From NCBI GenBank assembly GCA_004431415.1, contig QPMI01000117.1, forward strand, positions 310,001 through 374,000: a stretch of DNA of 64,000 nt, written 5' to 3'. Shown here piece by piece: positions 9,337 to 24,200 of the stretch (within the stretch, counting starts at the first letter, position 1; each line of letters starts with the position of its first letter). Source of the stretch: Cyanophora paradoxa CCMP329. Its lineage: Eukaryota > Plantae > Glaucophyta. The translations under genes were made by a program, and so were the position numbers. The notes below the pieces were generated by a model. That model searched no databases and was not told the DNA's origin. It worked only from the letters and a program-made list of their open reading frames with translations.

Positions 9337-9898
9337 TCAGCAAGCCGCTATCATTTCATTCATAGGCTCGAGAAACTGCGAGGGGCTGAAGGGGGTATCG
9401 GGGACGTAGCTGGGGTAGAAGGGGAGAGGGGTAGAGACGCAAAAGGCCGGGGGGGTAGGTGCCGGCGTCGGAGGCAGGAAGGGGGTACAGGGGATAGGAG
9501 AGGGGGCGGGGGCGGGAGCGGGGGCGGCCTCCGGGGCGGGCTCCGGGTCCTCGTCCACGAGCGTCTTCCTCACCCGCACCGGCACAAAGGGGACGCGCGG
9601 GGCCTCAAGGGCCTGGCGCTGGCCCGTCCGCGGATCGTAGAGGTACCACGCCACGACGCTCGGGGCCAGCTCCTCCGCGCGGACCTCCCAGGGCGCCACC
9701 GCCTCGTAGGCCACGCACTCGCCGCGGGGGCCCCAGAGGGTCCACATGTACCACTTGTACTCGACCGGCGCAGGAGAGTGGGCGCGGGCCTGAGTTAAAG
9801 TTAGGGGATGGATGGGCAACAGGAGGCGTAGGGGCGCGCACCATATCCATGAGGCCGCTCTCAAAGTCCTCGAAGGCGACGGAAGCGGCAGAGGCCAT
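9337..9898 (-). CDS. Spliced viral hypothetical protein (exons 9898-9842, 9789-9337); Trp-rich core, Pro-rich tail
   Basis: A 52-nt intron at 9841-9790 (GTGCGC...CTAAC...TCAG) joins MASAASVAFEDFESGLMDM in frame to ARAHSPAPVEYKWYMWTLW... Confidence 0.75.
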
Positions 9899-9985
9899 TT
9901 GAAGATGCCTGGAACGAATTCGGGCTGCTTGGAGAATGTGAGGCTGAATGCGATCCGACTCGGGTGTCTATGGGATCCTAGGGTA

Positions 9986-10306
9986 TTAGGAGCCTCGGCC
10001 CGAGGAGCCTAGGAGCCACGGCCCGAGGCGCCTAGGAGCCCGAAAAAAAACAATCATTGGTCCGTCACCGGGGCGTGAGTCACATGTGGTAAGTGCGGCA
10101 CGTGGGTTGCGTGAGTCACGTACGGTAAGCGCGTCACGTGCGTCACCCGAGTCCCGTGCGTCACGCGGGTCAGCTGAGTCACGTGCGGGGGGGGTACGTG
10201 GCCGCCTAGGCAATAATGGGCCGAAATTTCGCCGATAATTGTTTTTTTTCAGGCTCCTAGGCTCCTCGGGCGGTGGCTCCTAGCATCCTCGGCCCGAGGC
10301 TCCTAA
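9986..10306. promoter_or_regulatory. 69-bp inverted repeat (9986-10054 / 10238-10306) enclosing an AP-1/G-box cluster; bidirectional enhancer or origin-like element
   Basis: Arms match 63/69. Spacer has TGAGTCA at 10076, 10112 and 10175, and CACGTG at 10099, 10135 and 10180. Lies between divergent ATGs at 9898 and 10416. Confidence 0.8.
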
Positions 10307-10415
10307 GACCCCCCGCGGACCACAAAACCGGCGCCGGCCCCCAGTCTGGCTCACTCTTGCCTGCCCCAAATTTACGCCGCGCCGCTTCCGAGTCGCTTCC
10401 CTTTGCCGTATAACC

Positions 10416-11304
10416 ATGTCGGACTCTGTCTCCCCCGCCGCCGCCTCCCGCGTCATTGATATCATCGACCTCACCGAGTGCCCCTCCGACGACGAGAAGG
10501 GGCTCGGGCCTGCCATGGCCCTCCCCCGCTCCCGCTCTACCCCCGCGGCGGCCTCCTCTTCCGCCTCTGCCTCCTCTGCCTCCTCTGCCTCCCTTATCCC
10601 CTCCGGCCCCGGAATCGATCCGGAGTTTCCCTTCGAGAAGGAGCCGCCCTGCGACATGAAGGAGAACGCCGAGGTCCGCCGTTTCCCTCTGTCTCACGCA
10701 AGCCCCTCTGCCTCTATCTCACGCGAGCCCTTACGCAGCTCTACATGGCCTGGCTCAAGTTCCGCTGCCCCCACCGGACCGCGACGATCGAAGCGGTCGC
10801 CAAGGAGCTCGGCGAGATGACCGAGGAGGCGCGGCAGGCCACCTTTGCCTTCGTGGACGGGAGGCGCCCCGCCCTTATCGAGGAGGTCGAGGCCATCGTG
10901 ACCGCCGCCGAGGCCGCCTCGATCGTCGTCAAGATGGAGAAGGAGCTCAGCCCGCCCGCTTCGCCCCCCGCCCCCACCGCTGACCCTGAGGTGAGCCCCT
11001 TTGCCTCTACCCTTGCGCCCCCCTCTGAGCCCGTACCCCGTAGATCGAGTCGCCCGAGCCCGAGCCCGAGTCGGAGCCCGAGTCGGAGAACTCGGAGCCC
11101 GAGTCGGAGGACGAGAAGGCGGCAAAGAAGGTGGCCAGGAAGGCGGCCAAGGCGGGCAAGAAGGCGCTCAAGGAGTCGTCGCCCACCAAGAGCGCGCTCA
11201 AGGGCCGGTGGTCGCAGAAGCGGAAGGCCTCCGTCACCTTCCCCGCCGGCACCCCCGACTCGCTCTCCGTAGAGGGCAGCCGCCTCCGCCGCCGCCGCCT
11301 GTAG
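10416..11304 (+). CDS. Spliced viral nuclear regulator-like protein, 256 aa (exons 10416-10673, 10739-10990, 11044-11304)
   Basis: Two phase-0 GT-AG introns restore one frame. Contains SIM-like VIDIIDLTECPSDDE, SUMO consensus VKME, acidic EPES repeats and a basic K/R tail. Confidence 0.8.
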
Positions 11305-11952
11305 ATGTATCGAATTCCTGTCTCGGCCACTTATGCGTCAGTGTTTCTCCGATTTTTTTGCAATGGTAAAGTGCCCCAAATCGTCCAATTCACTCTCTCT
11401 CTCGCCTTTGGAGTCCCTTTCCAACACGAGATCGCTTCGGTCGCAATGGGACACACATCTTCATTTCGTCCCAGGTCAAAGATCGGCAGGTGGTTTGCGA
11501 GAAAGCTTTACACGCCACGGATCATACAGAACCAGATCCTTGAACAAACAATGGCAACCTGCGCAATCACCAGGACTTGGGCACCGATTCGCGACCTCAT
11601 AAACATCATCGACTTTGCGCGCATTGGTCCGGTCTGCTTGGACAAGTGGATGCTCTCCGCCATTTCATGTGGCTGTTCGGACATTGTTATGCATCTCTGT
11701 CCGCTGGGCACACGTGCGTCCGGCCTTGACCTGGAGAATGCCTTTGTTTCTCGCACATCCGATCTACAACGCAAGATCACAGAGAGCGAGATCGCCGGAG
11801 AGATGGGTCTCACAGTGTCTTACAGAGAGGATTCATTTCTGGCGGATTGCGTGGAAATGAGGGTGATTGCTGCATGCCTACAGTTATCACAACAGACAGA
11901 GCAGATATGCCGGACCATGTGCCCAAGAGTTAGCCAGTATATTTTCACGTGA
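11305..11952 (+). CDS. Hypothetical viral protein (true start uncertain)
   Basis: Intronless 215-aa ORF of lower GC filling the gap between genes. Confidence 0.55.
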   Translation: MYRIPVSATYASVFLRFFCNGKVPQIVQFTLSLAFGVPFQHEIASVAMGHTSSFRPRSKIGRWFARKLYTPRIIQNQILEQTMATCAITRTWAPIRDLINIIDFARIGPVCLDKWMLSAISCGCSDIVMHLCPLGTRASGLDLENAFVSRTSDLQRKITESEIAGEMGLTVSYREDSFLADCVEMRVIAACLQLSQQTEQICRTMCPRVSQYIFT

Positions 11953-12185
11953 TTCTTTTCGAATCTCTACAGACACCCTCCCTCCGAGCCCTCTGTAGCC
12001 TCCGAGGGGCTCCAGCGGGGCCGCACGCACGCCGCTGACACCGCTGGGTACGACGGACGGGGTTGTAATCGCGGAAGACCGCCACGACCCGCCAAGTCCA
12101 AAAAGGGGCCCGCCCGGATTCGAGGCGGGTGCAAAGTGGGACCCGCGCGCCACCCGGGGCCCGCGTTCACCGAGGCGGGAACAGA

Positions 12186-12941
12186 ATGCCCGCCGAGATC
12201 GCAGCGGCCTTCTCGGCACTGCGCGTGGCATCGCAGGTTCTCCGCGCAGCCCGCCTGGCCGCCCCAGTCATGTCGCTGCTGCTGCGTGCCCTGTCGGGGG
12301 TCCCGGACGAGGCGAAGATCGTGCGCGGGATCAAGGACGCGGACCCGGCCCTCGTCGCCCCCCAGCTCCGCTGCATCCCGCGCCGGCTCCAGCTCCGGGT
12401 CGCGCGGGCCCTCTGCGGCGACCTCGTGTCCTGCGCGTGCATCCCGAGCGAGCACAGGCCGCACCTGCCCGACCTGTCGCTCCTGTCGCTGGGGCTCGCC
12501 GTGGCCGCCGAGACCCGCCTGCCCCGCGCGAGGGCCGTGGTGGACGCGCTGATCGACCTGGGCTACAGGGCGGGCGCGGACTCGGGCGCCAACCTGGCCG
12601 CCGCGGTCCTCCTGGGCTGGCGGGGCGTGGTGCTGCGGTTGGTGGACGAGTGCGGCGTGCCGGTCAACGGGACCCCCGCCGAGTTCGCGACGGGCGTGCA
12701 GACCGTGCGCATCCTCTCGGGTCTGCGGACGACGCGCGCGGCCGACGTGCCCGCAGTGCTGGACTGCGTGGAGGCCCTCGTGTACGGGCGCGGGATGCGG
12801 CTGTGGCTGCCGGAGCTCGAGGGGAACCTGCGCGCCACCACCGACGAGGGCACCCGCGCGCGCCTCTCCCTGATCGCGCGGTCCCCCGAGCTCGTGTACG
12901 GCCCCCGCGATGTCGCATCCGCCCCGACTGAATGGCAGTGA
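12186..12941 (+). CDS. Hypothetical helical protein with weak ankyrin-like segments
   Basis: ATG at 12186, GC3-rich coding pattern, segment VVDALIDLGY...LAAAVLLGWRGVVLRLVDECGVPVN. Confidence 0.65.
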   Translation: MPAEIAAAFSALRVASQVLRAARLAAPVMSLLLRALSGVPDEAKIVRGIKDADPALVAPQLRCIPRRLQLRVARALCGDLVSCACIPSEHRPHLPDLSLLSLGLAVAAETRLPRARAVVDALIDLGYRAGADSGANLAAAVLLGWRGVVLRLVDECGVPVNGTPAEFATGVQTVRILSGLRTTRAADVPAVLDCVEALVYGRGMRLWLPELEGNLRATTDEGTRARLSLIARSPELVYGPRDVASAPTEWQ

Positions 12942-12993
12942 GAGGCGCGTTCCCCTTGTACACTAAGGAATCTGCACCATTTCACGCAAGCCA

Positions 12994-13287
12994 ATGCCTC
13001 CCATCCATGCCCCGCGCCCACTGACGGACGACGAGCGCCGGCACTTGCTTGAGCGCCTGGATCTGCTGGTTACGAGTGTCTGGAACGCAGCGGCCCCGAT
13101 CGCATGGGCCAAGGATACGGTGGGCAGGAGCGTCCACCAGAACCTACAGTACGTCTACTCGAACCTCTCACAGGAGATACTGCCCCTGATCGATGCTATG
13201 CTAGGCACCTGGTATGCCGAGCGGCTCCCTATCTCCCTGATGTCAGCCCGGGTGGATGCTCGGGGCGGCGACTTTAGCGACCTGTGA
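12994..13287 (+). CDS. Hypothetical viral protein (97 aa)
   Basis: ATG ORF with globular composition; last ORF before the GC-rich terminal repeats. Confidence 0.6.
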   Translation: MPPIHAPRPLTDDERRHLLERLDLLVTSVWNAAAPIAWAKDTVGRSVHQNLQYVYSNLSQEILPLIDAMLGTWYAERLPISLMSARVDARGGDFSDL

Positions 13288-13731
13288 TTGCTCCTCTGTC
13301 TGAATACAAATTGCTCGGGCTCTAGAAGGGCTCCGAGGCTCTAGAAGGCCTCGCATACACCCCGCTGACACCGCTGGGTACGACGGACGGGGTTGTAAGC
13401 GCGGAAACCCCCAGAAACCCCCAGAAGGGCCGTACCCCGGCCCCGCTGACGAGAGGGGCCCCCTCCCGGCCCGGGTACGCAGAAGGGCCGCCCCCCGGCC
13501 CTCTTCCGCACAAGGGCCCGCCCCCGGCCCCGCTGACGAGAGGGACCCTTGCCCCCCCTCTCCCCCCCTCCGCCCCCCCGCGGGCCGGCCCTCGTCCCCG
13601 CGCCCCCCCCGCAACCCCCGCAACCCTCTGGGTCCCCGCGGGCCCCATTCGCCGATGCGGTCCCCCGGGCCCATCGCCTCCAATGGGATTTGGGGGGTAG
13701 CGAGAGGGCGGCGGGGGGGTACGCAAAGTGA

Positions 13732-18253
<4,522 letters not shown>

Positions 18254-18995
18254 TTGATCGCAATATTTTAATTGCAAATGTATTTAGTCGACGTCGTAGT
18301 TTTAGACTTGGCATAATTGGATCGATCGACGATAAAGGGATCGAGCAGTAGAGTCAACATTGTTGCAGTTGTTCATGAATTCAAATCAGTAACGTAATCA
18401 TCATCAATGGCGTCACCGGGCCGGGTTGAGCCCCTGCCGACCGAGTGCTGCAGCTGGATGCCGTGGCCCGGCCACCTGCCCCCGGCGATCCGGCGCTCGT
18501 TTTAATTCCCTGATGGCTCCCCCGCGGCCGACTCGACCATCGACTTTCCCCGGAGGGGGCGGGGGGGAGGGGGGGGGAAGGGGGAGGGGAGTGGGGCGGG
18601 CGCAGGGGGCGGGGAGCAGGGGGGAAGGGGGGGGCAGAAGGCAGGGGGGGGGGTGGGGGAGGGGGGGGGCCGGGGGGGGGCGCTTCGTGGGGATTCTGAT
18701 CTGACACGAATTCGACAGATATTTTAATCCTATCCGTTGCCCGCCGGCCCGCGGCTCAATTTAAAACGACCTTATCATACTTAATTTATCATCATTTGTT
18801 TTTGTAAACGATTTCCCATCTTCTCCTTCCTCGATTGAATCGGTGATCTCGAGCCAGGAGGGGCACCGGGGGTAAAAGAGGGGGGGGGGGATCCGGAGAA
18901 GGGGGGGGGGAGGGGGCAGGGGTTTTGTTTTTCGGAACTGATCTGAAAAGGATTACGACAAACATCAAAGAAAACAAGCCGCCCTAGGCCCGCCC

Positions 18996-20690
18996 CTACA
19001 GCTGCCCGCAGTCCTCGATGGTGATCACCTGCGTCGTCTGCCCGCCCCCCGTCCACAGCGCGGGGCGCGGGCCTCGATCTTCTTCACCTGAAGCGCGCGG
19101 GGGCGCGGCTTAGCGGATGGGGTATCGCGGCGAGGGCGTAGGGGTAGGGGGGTACCACGTCCATGCCCTCCACGACCCGGTCGAAGACGACGGGCTTCCT
19201 CTCGGGGCTGCCGGGGGTACGGGGTGTTGGAGAAGTACGAGAATGCGCGCGGGACCGGAGGGGGCGCACTGGGGCTTCGCCTTGAATGCGATGAAGAACT
19301 GAAAGGATTGGGGGGGGGGGGAGGGGAGGGGGGAGGGGGGGGGGAGGGGGAGGGGGGGGGGGGTTCCCGGACCGGAAGAGCGTACCTGAGGGCGTACCCG
19401 AAGAGTGTACCCGGCTGCTCGTGCTTCAGCTTGAAGTTCTCGCTGCTGGAGGGGTACAGCGTTTCAGGGGGTGCTCCGCTGTACCCCCTGTACCCCTGTA
19501 TCGCTTCAGCCCGCGCAGCTGGCGCCAGCATCTGCTCCACGAGGGCTACGAGCTCCAGCCTGGGGGGTACTCCGTCACCTTCCGCCGGCCGCGCCTCGGG
19601 GGGTACGGCGACGCACCGGACAGCGGCGCCGAGGGGCGACGCGCCGCTCGCCGTGCAGCGCGCAAAGTCGGCCCGGGCTGCGGGGCGCGGGTGGGAATGG
19701 AGCGCGGTCCCCCGGGGACGGATCGATCCGCGTACCCATCTGGCCCCTCCTGGTGAGGATCGCTAGGATCGCGGCCTGTGAGGGGTACCCGTCAGTCCCG
19801 AGGCCGCGCGGGCGGGACGGGTACGCGCGCCTGCGCTTCCGCGGTTTCTCTGCGGGCGGGCGGCGGGGCGTCGAGGGCCGGCCGGCGGGCAGGAGGGAGG
19901 GGGGTAGACAAAAATAACAGTGCGCCGGCTCCTGGCGCGCGAAGGCGGCGAGGAGGAGCGGAGCGGAGTGGCGCCGTCGGCGTCGGCGGCGCGCGGGTCG
20001 GCCCCCGCGTCGAGCAGCGCCCCCAAGAGCTCCGGCGCGTCCCCTGCAAACGAAGTCGGGGCGGAGCGGGGCGGGCGGGGCGGGGCGGGGCGGGGCAGGG
20101 CGGACTGTGGCAGGCAAGGCGGAGCTGATGCTTCCCGCCCTCGTCGGCCGCCGCCGCCTCCGCCCGCGCGTTCGAGTACGCGCAGTGGTGCCTGCGCCGC
20201 GCCGCCGCCGCCGCCGAGCGCCGAACAGCGCGCGCCGGTCCGGGAGGGGCGGCGCGGCCGCTCACAGCGCGAGGCATCCGTAGCGGTCGGCGGCGGTGTT
20301 GAGGGCCGCCGCGTGGCGCTCGGCGACGAGCTCCGCCTCCTCCCGAAGCTCCCGCCACGCGCAGACCGCCGCGTGCAGCGGGAGGCCCGCCTCCTGCGCA
20401 GGAGGGCCCTCCGTGTAAGCCCACGTCTCTTTGCCTGGCCGGCGACCCGAGCAGAGTGCGCCGCGCGGAGCCTCCAGGTAGGTGCGGGTTCGCCCTTAGC
20501 TAAGCGCGGCCGGTGCGGCCTTACGACGAACGAGGCCGCGTGTAGGAGAGGACGAGATGCGGCTGCGGAGCGCGGGGGCGCGCGGCGGGCCGGCGCACCG
20601 CGTCTTCGTCTCTCGGGAGGATCTGGCCTTCCGCGCGCGCCCGAACCGCCCGCAGCGCCCTTTCGTACGTCAGGTCGGCGCTCGCCATCC
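18996..20690 (-). pseudogene. Chimeric/decayed gene: ankyrin-repeat fragment followed by a degenerate copy of the cyclophilin 3' exons
   Basis: ELLGALLDAGADPRAADADGATPL (ankyrin), then ENFKLKHEQPGTL, VVFDRVVEGMDVV and VKKIEA. Strongly similar to 48682-49160 but lacks SMANAG and has an 11-nt frameshifting insertion. Confidence 0.65.
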
Positions 20691-21229
20691 TCAGAGGCGC
20701 CGGCGAGCGGTCTGGTCACAGCTCGGAGCTCAATCTGAAGGGGTACCCCGGAACTGATGCTCAGCTTCTAGGCTTCCGGCGCGGAGGCAGGCGCGGGGGC
20801 GCCGTCAGGAAAGCGCCGCTCGTTCGGAGAACAGGATACGCGCTCTTTTGCGGCCGCCTCGATTCGCTCCCGTCGCCAAATTACGAGCGGCGGTTCCTTG
20901 AGCCCTCGACTGTTCATAGCAGCGAAAGCGAGCCGATCCCATCCGATTGCAATCGAGCGCGCGGGCGGAGCGGAGAGCTCGAGACGCGCGACCGCGCGGC
21001 CCCGCGCACGCGAGCGCGGCGGACAGCAAGGTACGAGCGCGTGCACGTGAAACGACGTAGAGAGAGCTGACGATGCCGCGCCGCAGCGACGTCTGCAGCG
21101 CGCAGCTGCAGGGGCCGGCGCCCGCGGCCGCGCGCGGCTGCCTAGGCCTCGGGAGCGCTGCGCCGCGGCCGATCGATACGCATACACATGTACATGTATC
21201 AGCAGCATTAATATTAGAGCGTGCAGCAC

Positions 21230-24200
21230 ATGACCGTCTCCGGCCGCGGCGGCAGCGCCGGCCTTGATCTGCAGCTGGATCCCAGCGGGGGAGCCGCCCA
21301 TACGTCCATAACCGCGAACGCGCGAGCCGCTACCGCCAGCGCTACAGCTAGCAGCTTGAGCTTCAACATCGCTGCACCAGCTTATGCGAATGGAGGAGGT
21401 GCCGGCCGCGGGCCCGTCCGCGTCGCGTCTTCGAAGGATCCGTGCGCGTACGCGTACGGCGCGGCCGCCGGCGCGGGGGCGGGCGCGCACGGCGCGGGCG
21501 TCAGGTGCGAGTCAAGTGATTTAGATGCGGATGGCGGCTTCGCGCGCCCCTCTGGTGGGCGCTGTCACGCGCGGGGCGATGAAGACCTGCCGCCTGTGCG
21601 CATTCTCGCCATCGGTTCGTAAGCGCCTGGCGCCAGCACGCTGCGCGCGCCGCGCGCCGCCTCTAGATCTTGACTTGAGTCAACATTGCAGACGGCGGAG
21701 GAAGTGCGTGTCCCATCCACAGATTATTCACGCCTTGTATTTGCAGAGCCCGCGCTTGCGGCCGGGCATTCTTCTGACAAGCGTCTTTAAATTTAATTTG
21801 CGCAGCCAGGGGCATCATCCCCGCCAAACTCATAGAGTGCGCTTTCGCAGCTTGCCTAAATCAAAGCGCTGCTAATATAACGTCGACGTCCCTTTTCCAG
21901 GTACATCTCACGAAAGACTGGCCGAGTGCGCATACCTGCGCCCATTGATTTAATTAAAAATTATAATTATTCATCAATTGCACTTATATATAGTGCATGC
22001 TAATCGCTCCGGTCCGCAGCCCATACACGAGCTCTTCGACTACGTCGCGGGTATGCGCATGCCTCTTCTTGTATCGACCTGCGCCTTCTTATATCGACCT
22101 TAAGCTTCCATCGACTTTCTCTGCACCTGCAGCTGACGCCCCGGCGCCGGCAGGTTCGAGCATCGGCGGCATCCTCGCGTGCGGCACCTTCGGAGTGAGG
22201 GACGGGCGGCCCCTCATGGACTCGTCCAACCTCGCGAGCGCCCCCGCATCTCCGCCCCCTCAAAAGCTCACGCCCCCTCAGGTCCAGGAGCTGACGGACG
22301 CCATGCAGAGGATCTTCTCCAAGTCCCCCTTCAGCAGGGCCAAGGCAGCCGTGGTTGGGAGCCGCGGGCCTTTCTTGAGCCCCGTGCGTGTGGCTCTAGA
22401 GAGCAGATCCATGGCCAGAGGGCAGCAGCTCACTCGAGGCTTTTGAACCGCTCAGGAACCTTTCGAGAAGCTGCTGGCCGAGCTCGGCAGCGGCGCGCGC
22501 CTCACCGATGTGGCGGCCTTTGTCCTCGTGCGCATTTCTGCCTTCAATTAAAACATATAAAAACATATATAGTAAACATAAAGCGTTCGAGTAAACATAT
22601 ATGCGCAGGTCACCGCCTTCGACATTGAGGAGCGATCCCCTCTCGTCTTCTCGACGGTGCCTCTGCTTTTTCAGAATTCGTACCGCCGCCGCGCTCTTGC
22701 TGAATTCGAAGCCCTGCAGGCCCAAGCGCTCCGCAGCCCCGCGCACAACGTACGACTATGCGACATCGCGTTGGTCTGCAATTTTTATTTATAGCAGATC
22801 TCGCGCACGTCCTCGGCCCCTCTCAATATTAATGCCCCTCGCGCGATTGCACCAGGCCACGTCCGCCGCCCCACTGCTCTTCCCGCCCGCCCGCCTCCAC
22901 ATCCCCGGAATCTACACCCACAAGGATTACGGCACCTTCATCGACGGATGGCTCGTCTCCCTTCCGTTCACAGTTGACATCGCTGCCTGCGCATGTCTCA
23001 CTAAGAAAGGGTTTGCAGGCTGGTTCAGAACAACCCCTCCCTGCTGGCGTACGCAGAAGCGGCGCGGGTTTTCCCAGGTCAGCATGCGCAGATCTAGAGT
23101 CGACGCAGATGCATATGCTTACGTGTACAAGCTCTAGTTCTAGATCACGTTACGCCGCGGGCTGACCTGCCTCTCGGCAGGGCGGAAAGTTCTCCTGCTC
23201 AACCTCGGCACAGGCGACGCCGACGAGCCCCTCTCTTGGGCCGAGACTCGCCAGTGGGGCGCCCTCCGGTGAAGCGCCCGCACCTTTTTTCTGTCGCGAA
23301 ACGCGCTCACATTTCCCGCGCGTGTGCAGCTGGATCGAGCCGCTGTTTCAGTGCATGCTTGGCGGTGCGCCGCGCATTTGCGCATTTCTCAGCTTTCTCA
23401 GCCGCACTCGCAAGCTAAGCCGACGCCGCCACGATCACGACCAGGCGCGAACGAGAGCGCGGCGCTCGCGGCGCGGCAGCTGCTGGGCGACGACTTCCTC
23501 CGCCTCTCCCCGCGCGTCCCCCCGGAAATCGACAGGCGCGCCGGCTGCGGCCGCTAGATTTGGATTAGCGCACTTCTTCTCTCTTACCTGTTCCTTGCAA
23601 CGCATGATATGCAGGATGGCGGACGCGTCGCCAGCGAACCTGACATCGCTCGCGCGCGCCGTTGAAACCCAGGTCATGATCATTCTCGGCCTACCCTCTC
23701 GTGCTCCCGTCCCTCCTGACCATGAGCCGCTCCGGCGTCTCCGTCCGCAGCTGCTGACGGGCGACTCGCTGGCGCGACTCGACGCCTTCGTCGACCGCCT
23801 CGTGGCGGCGTCGGACCACCCGGGGGCCCGCCGCGGCCGGCCCCACGCCGGGCTCCTCCCGCGCGACTTCGCCGTGCAGCCGCGCCGGCCGGCGATGGCG
23901 GCGCAGCCCGTGGCGACCTTGTCGGACGCTGGCGTGTATGGCACCTCGGTCCTGTCCTTCGGTCCGCTCGGCCGAGTCTTAGCTTACGCTTTCTTAATTC
24001 TGACGAGAGCGTTTTCAGAGGACATCTGCTTCTGGGCGAGGCTTCCCAAGTCGGCCGAGGCCGGCTCCAAGCGGCCGCGCGCGGGCACGCAACGGGCCTC
24101 TTCCATCGTTTCCATGGCCCAGAGAACGGGATCCGGAATCCTTCGGTACGCTCCTCGAGTCTTCTGAAGTGTATCTTACGTTTACTATCAAATTCTTGTG

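Larger units (their letters stand above)
12032..13406 (+). repeat. Dispersed 45-bp direct repeat (12032-12076 and 13362-13406)
   Basis: CCGCTGACACCGCTGGGTACGACGGACGGGGTTGTAA(T/G)CGCGGAA occurs twice, both intergenic, 1330 bp apart. Confidence 0.9.
1..13730. mobile_element. Endogenous large dsDNA virus segment (right end; left end outside window)
   Basis: About 16 tightly packed, mostly intronless ORFs, in contrast to the intron-rich host genes beyond 13.8 kb. Includes virus-type fibre/lectin proteins, Cys-rich ORFans and a small membrane protein of a type I recognise from nucleocytoviruses. Ends in GC-rich repeats. Boundary approximate; no MCP/PolB in window. Confidence 0.8.

Noticed and set aside
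1-13730. Bacterial prophage/contaminant or Polinton assignment
   Set aside because: Spliceosomal introns and lack of Shine-Dalgarno patterns argue against a phage. No pPolB, integrase or TIR is visible to support a Polinton.
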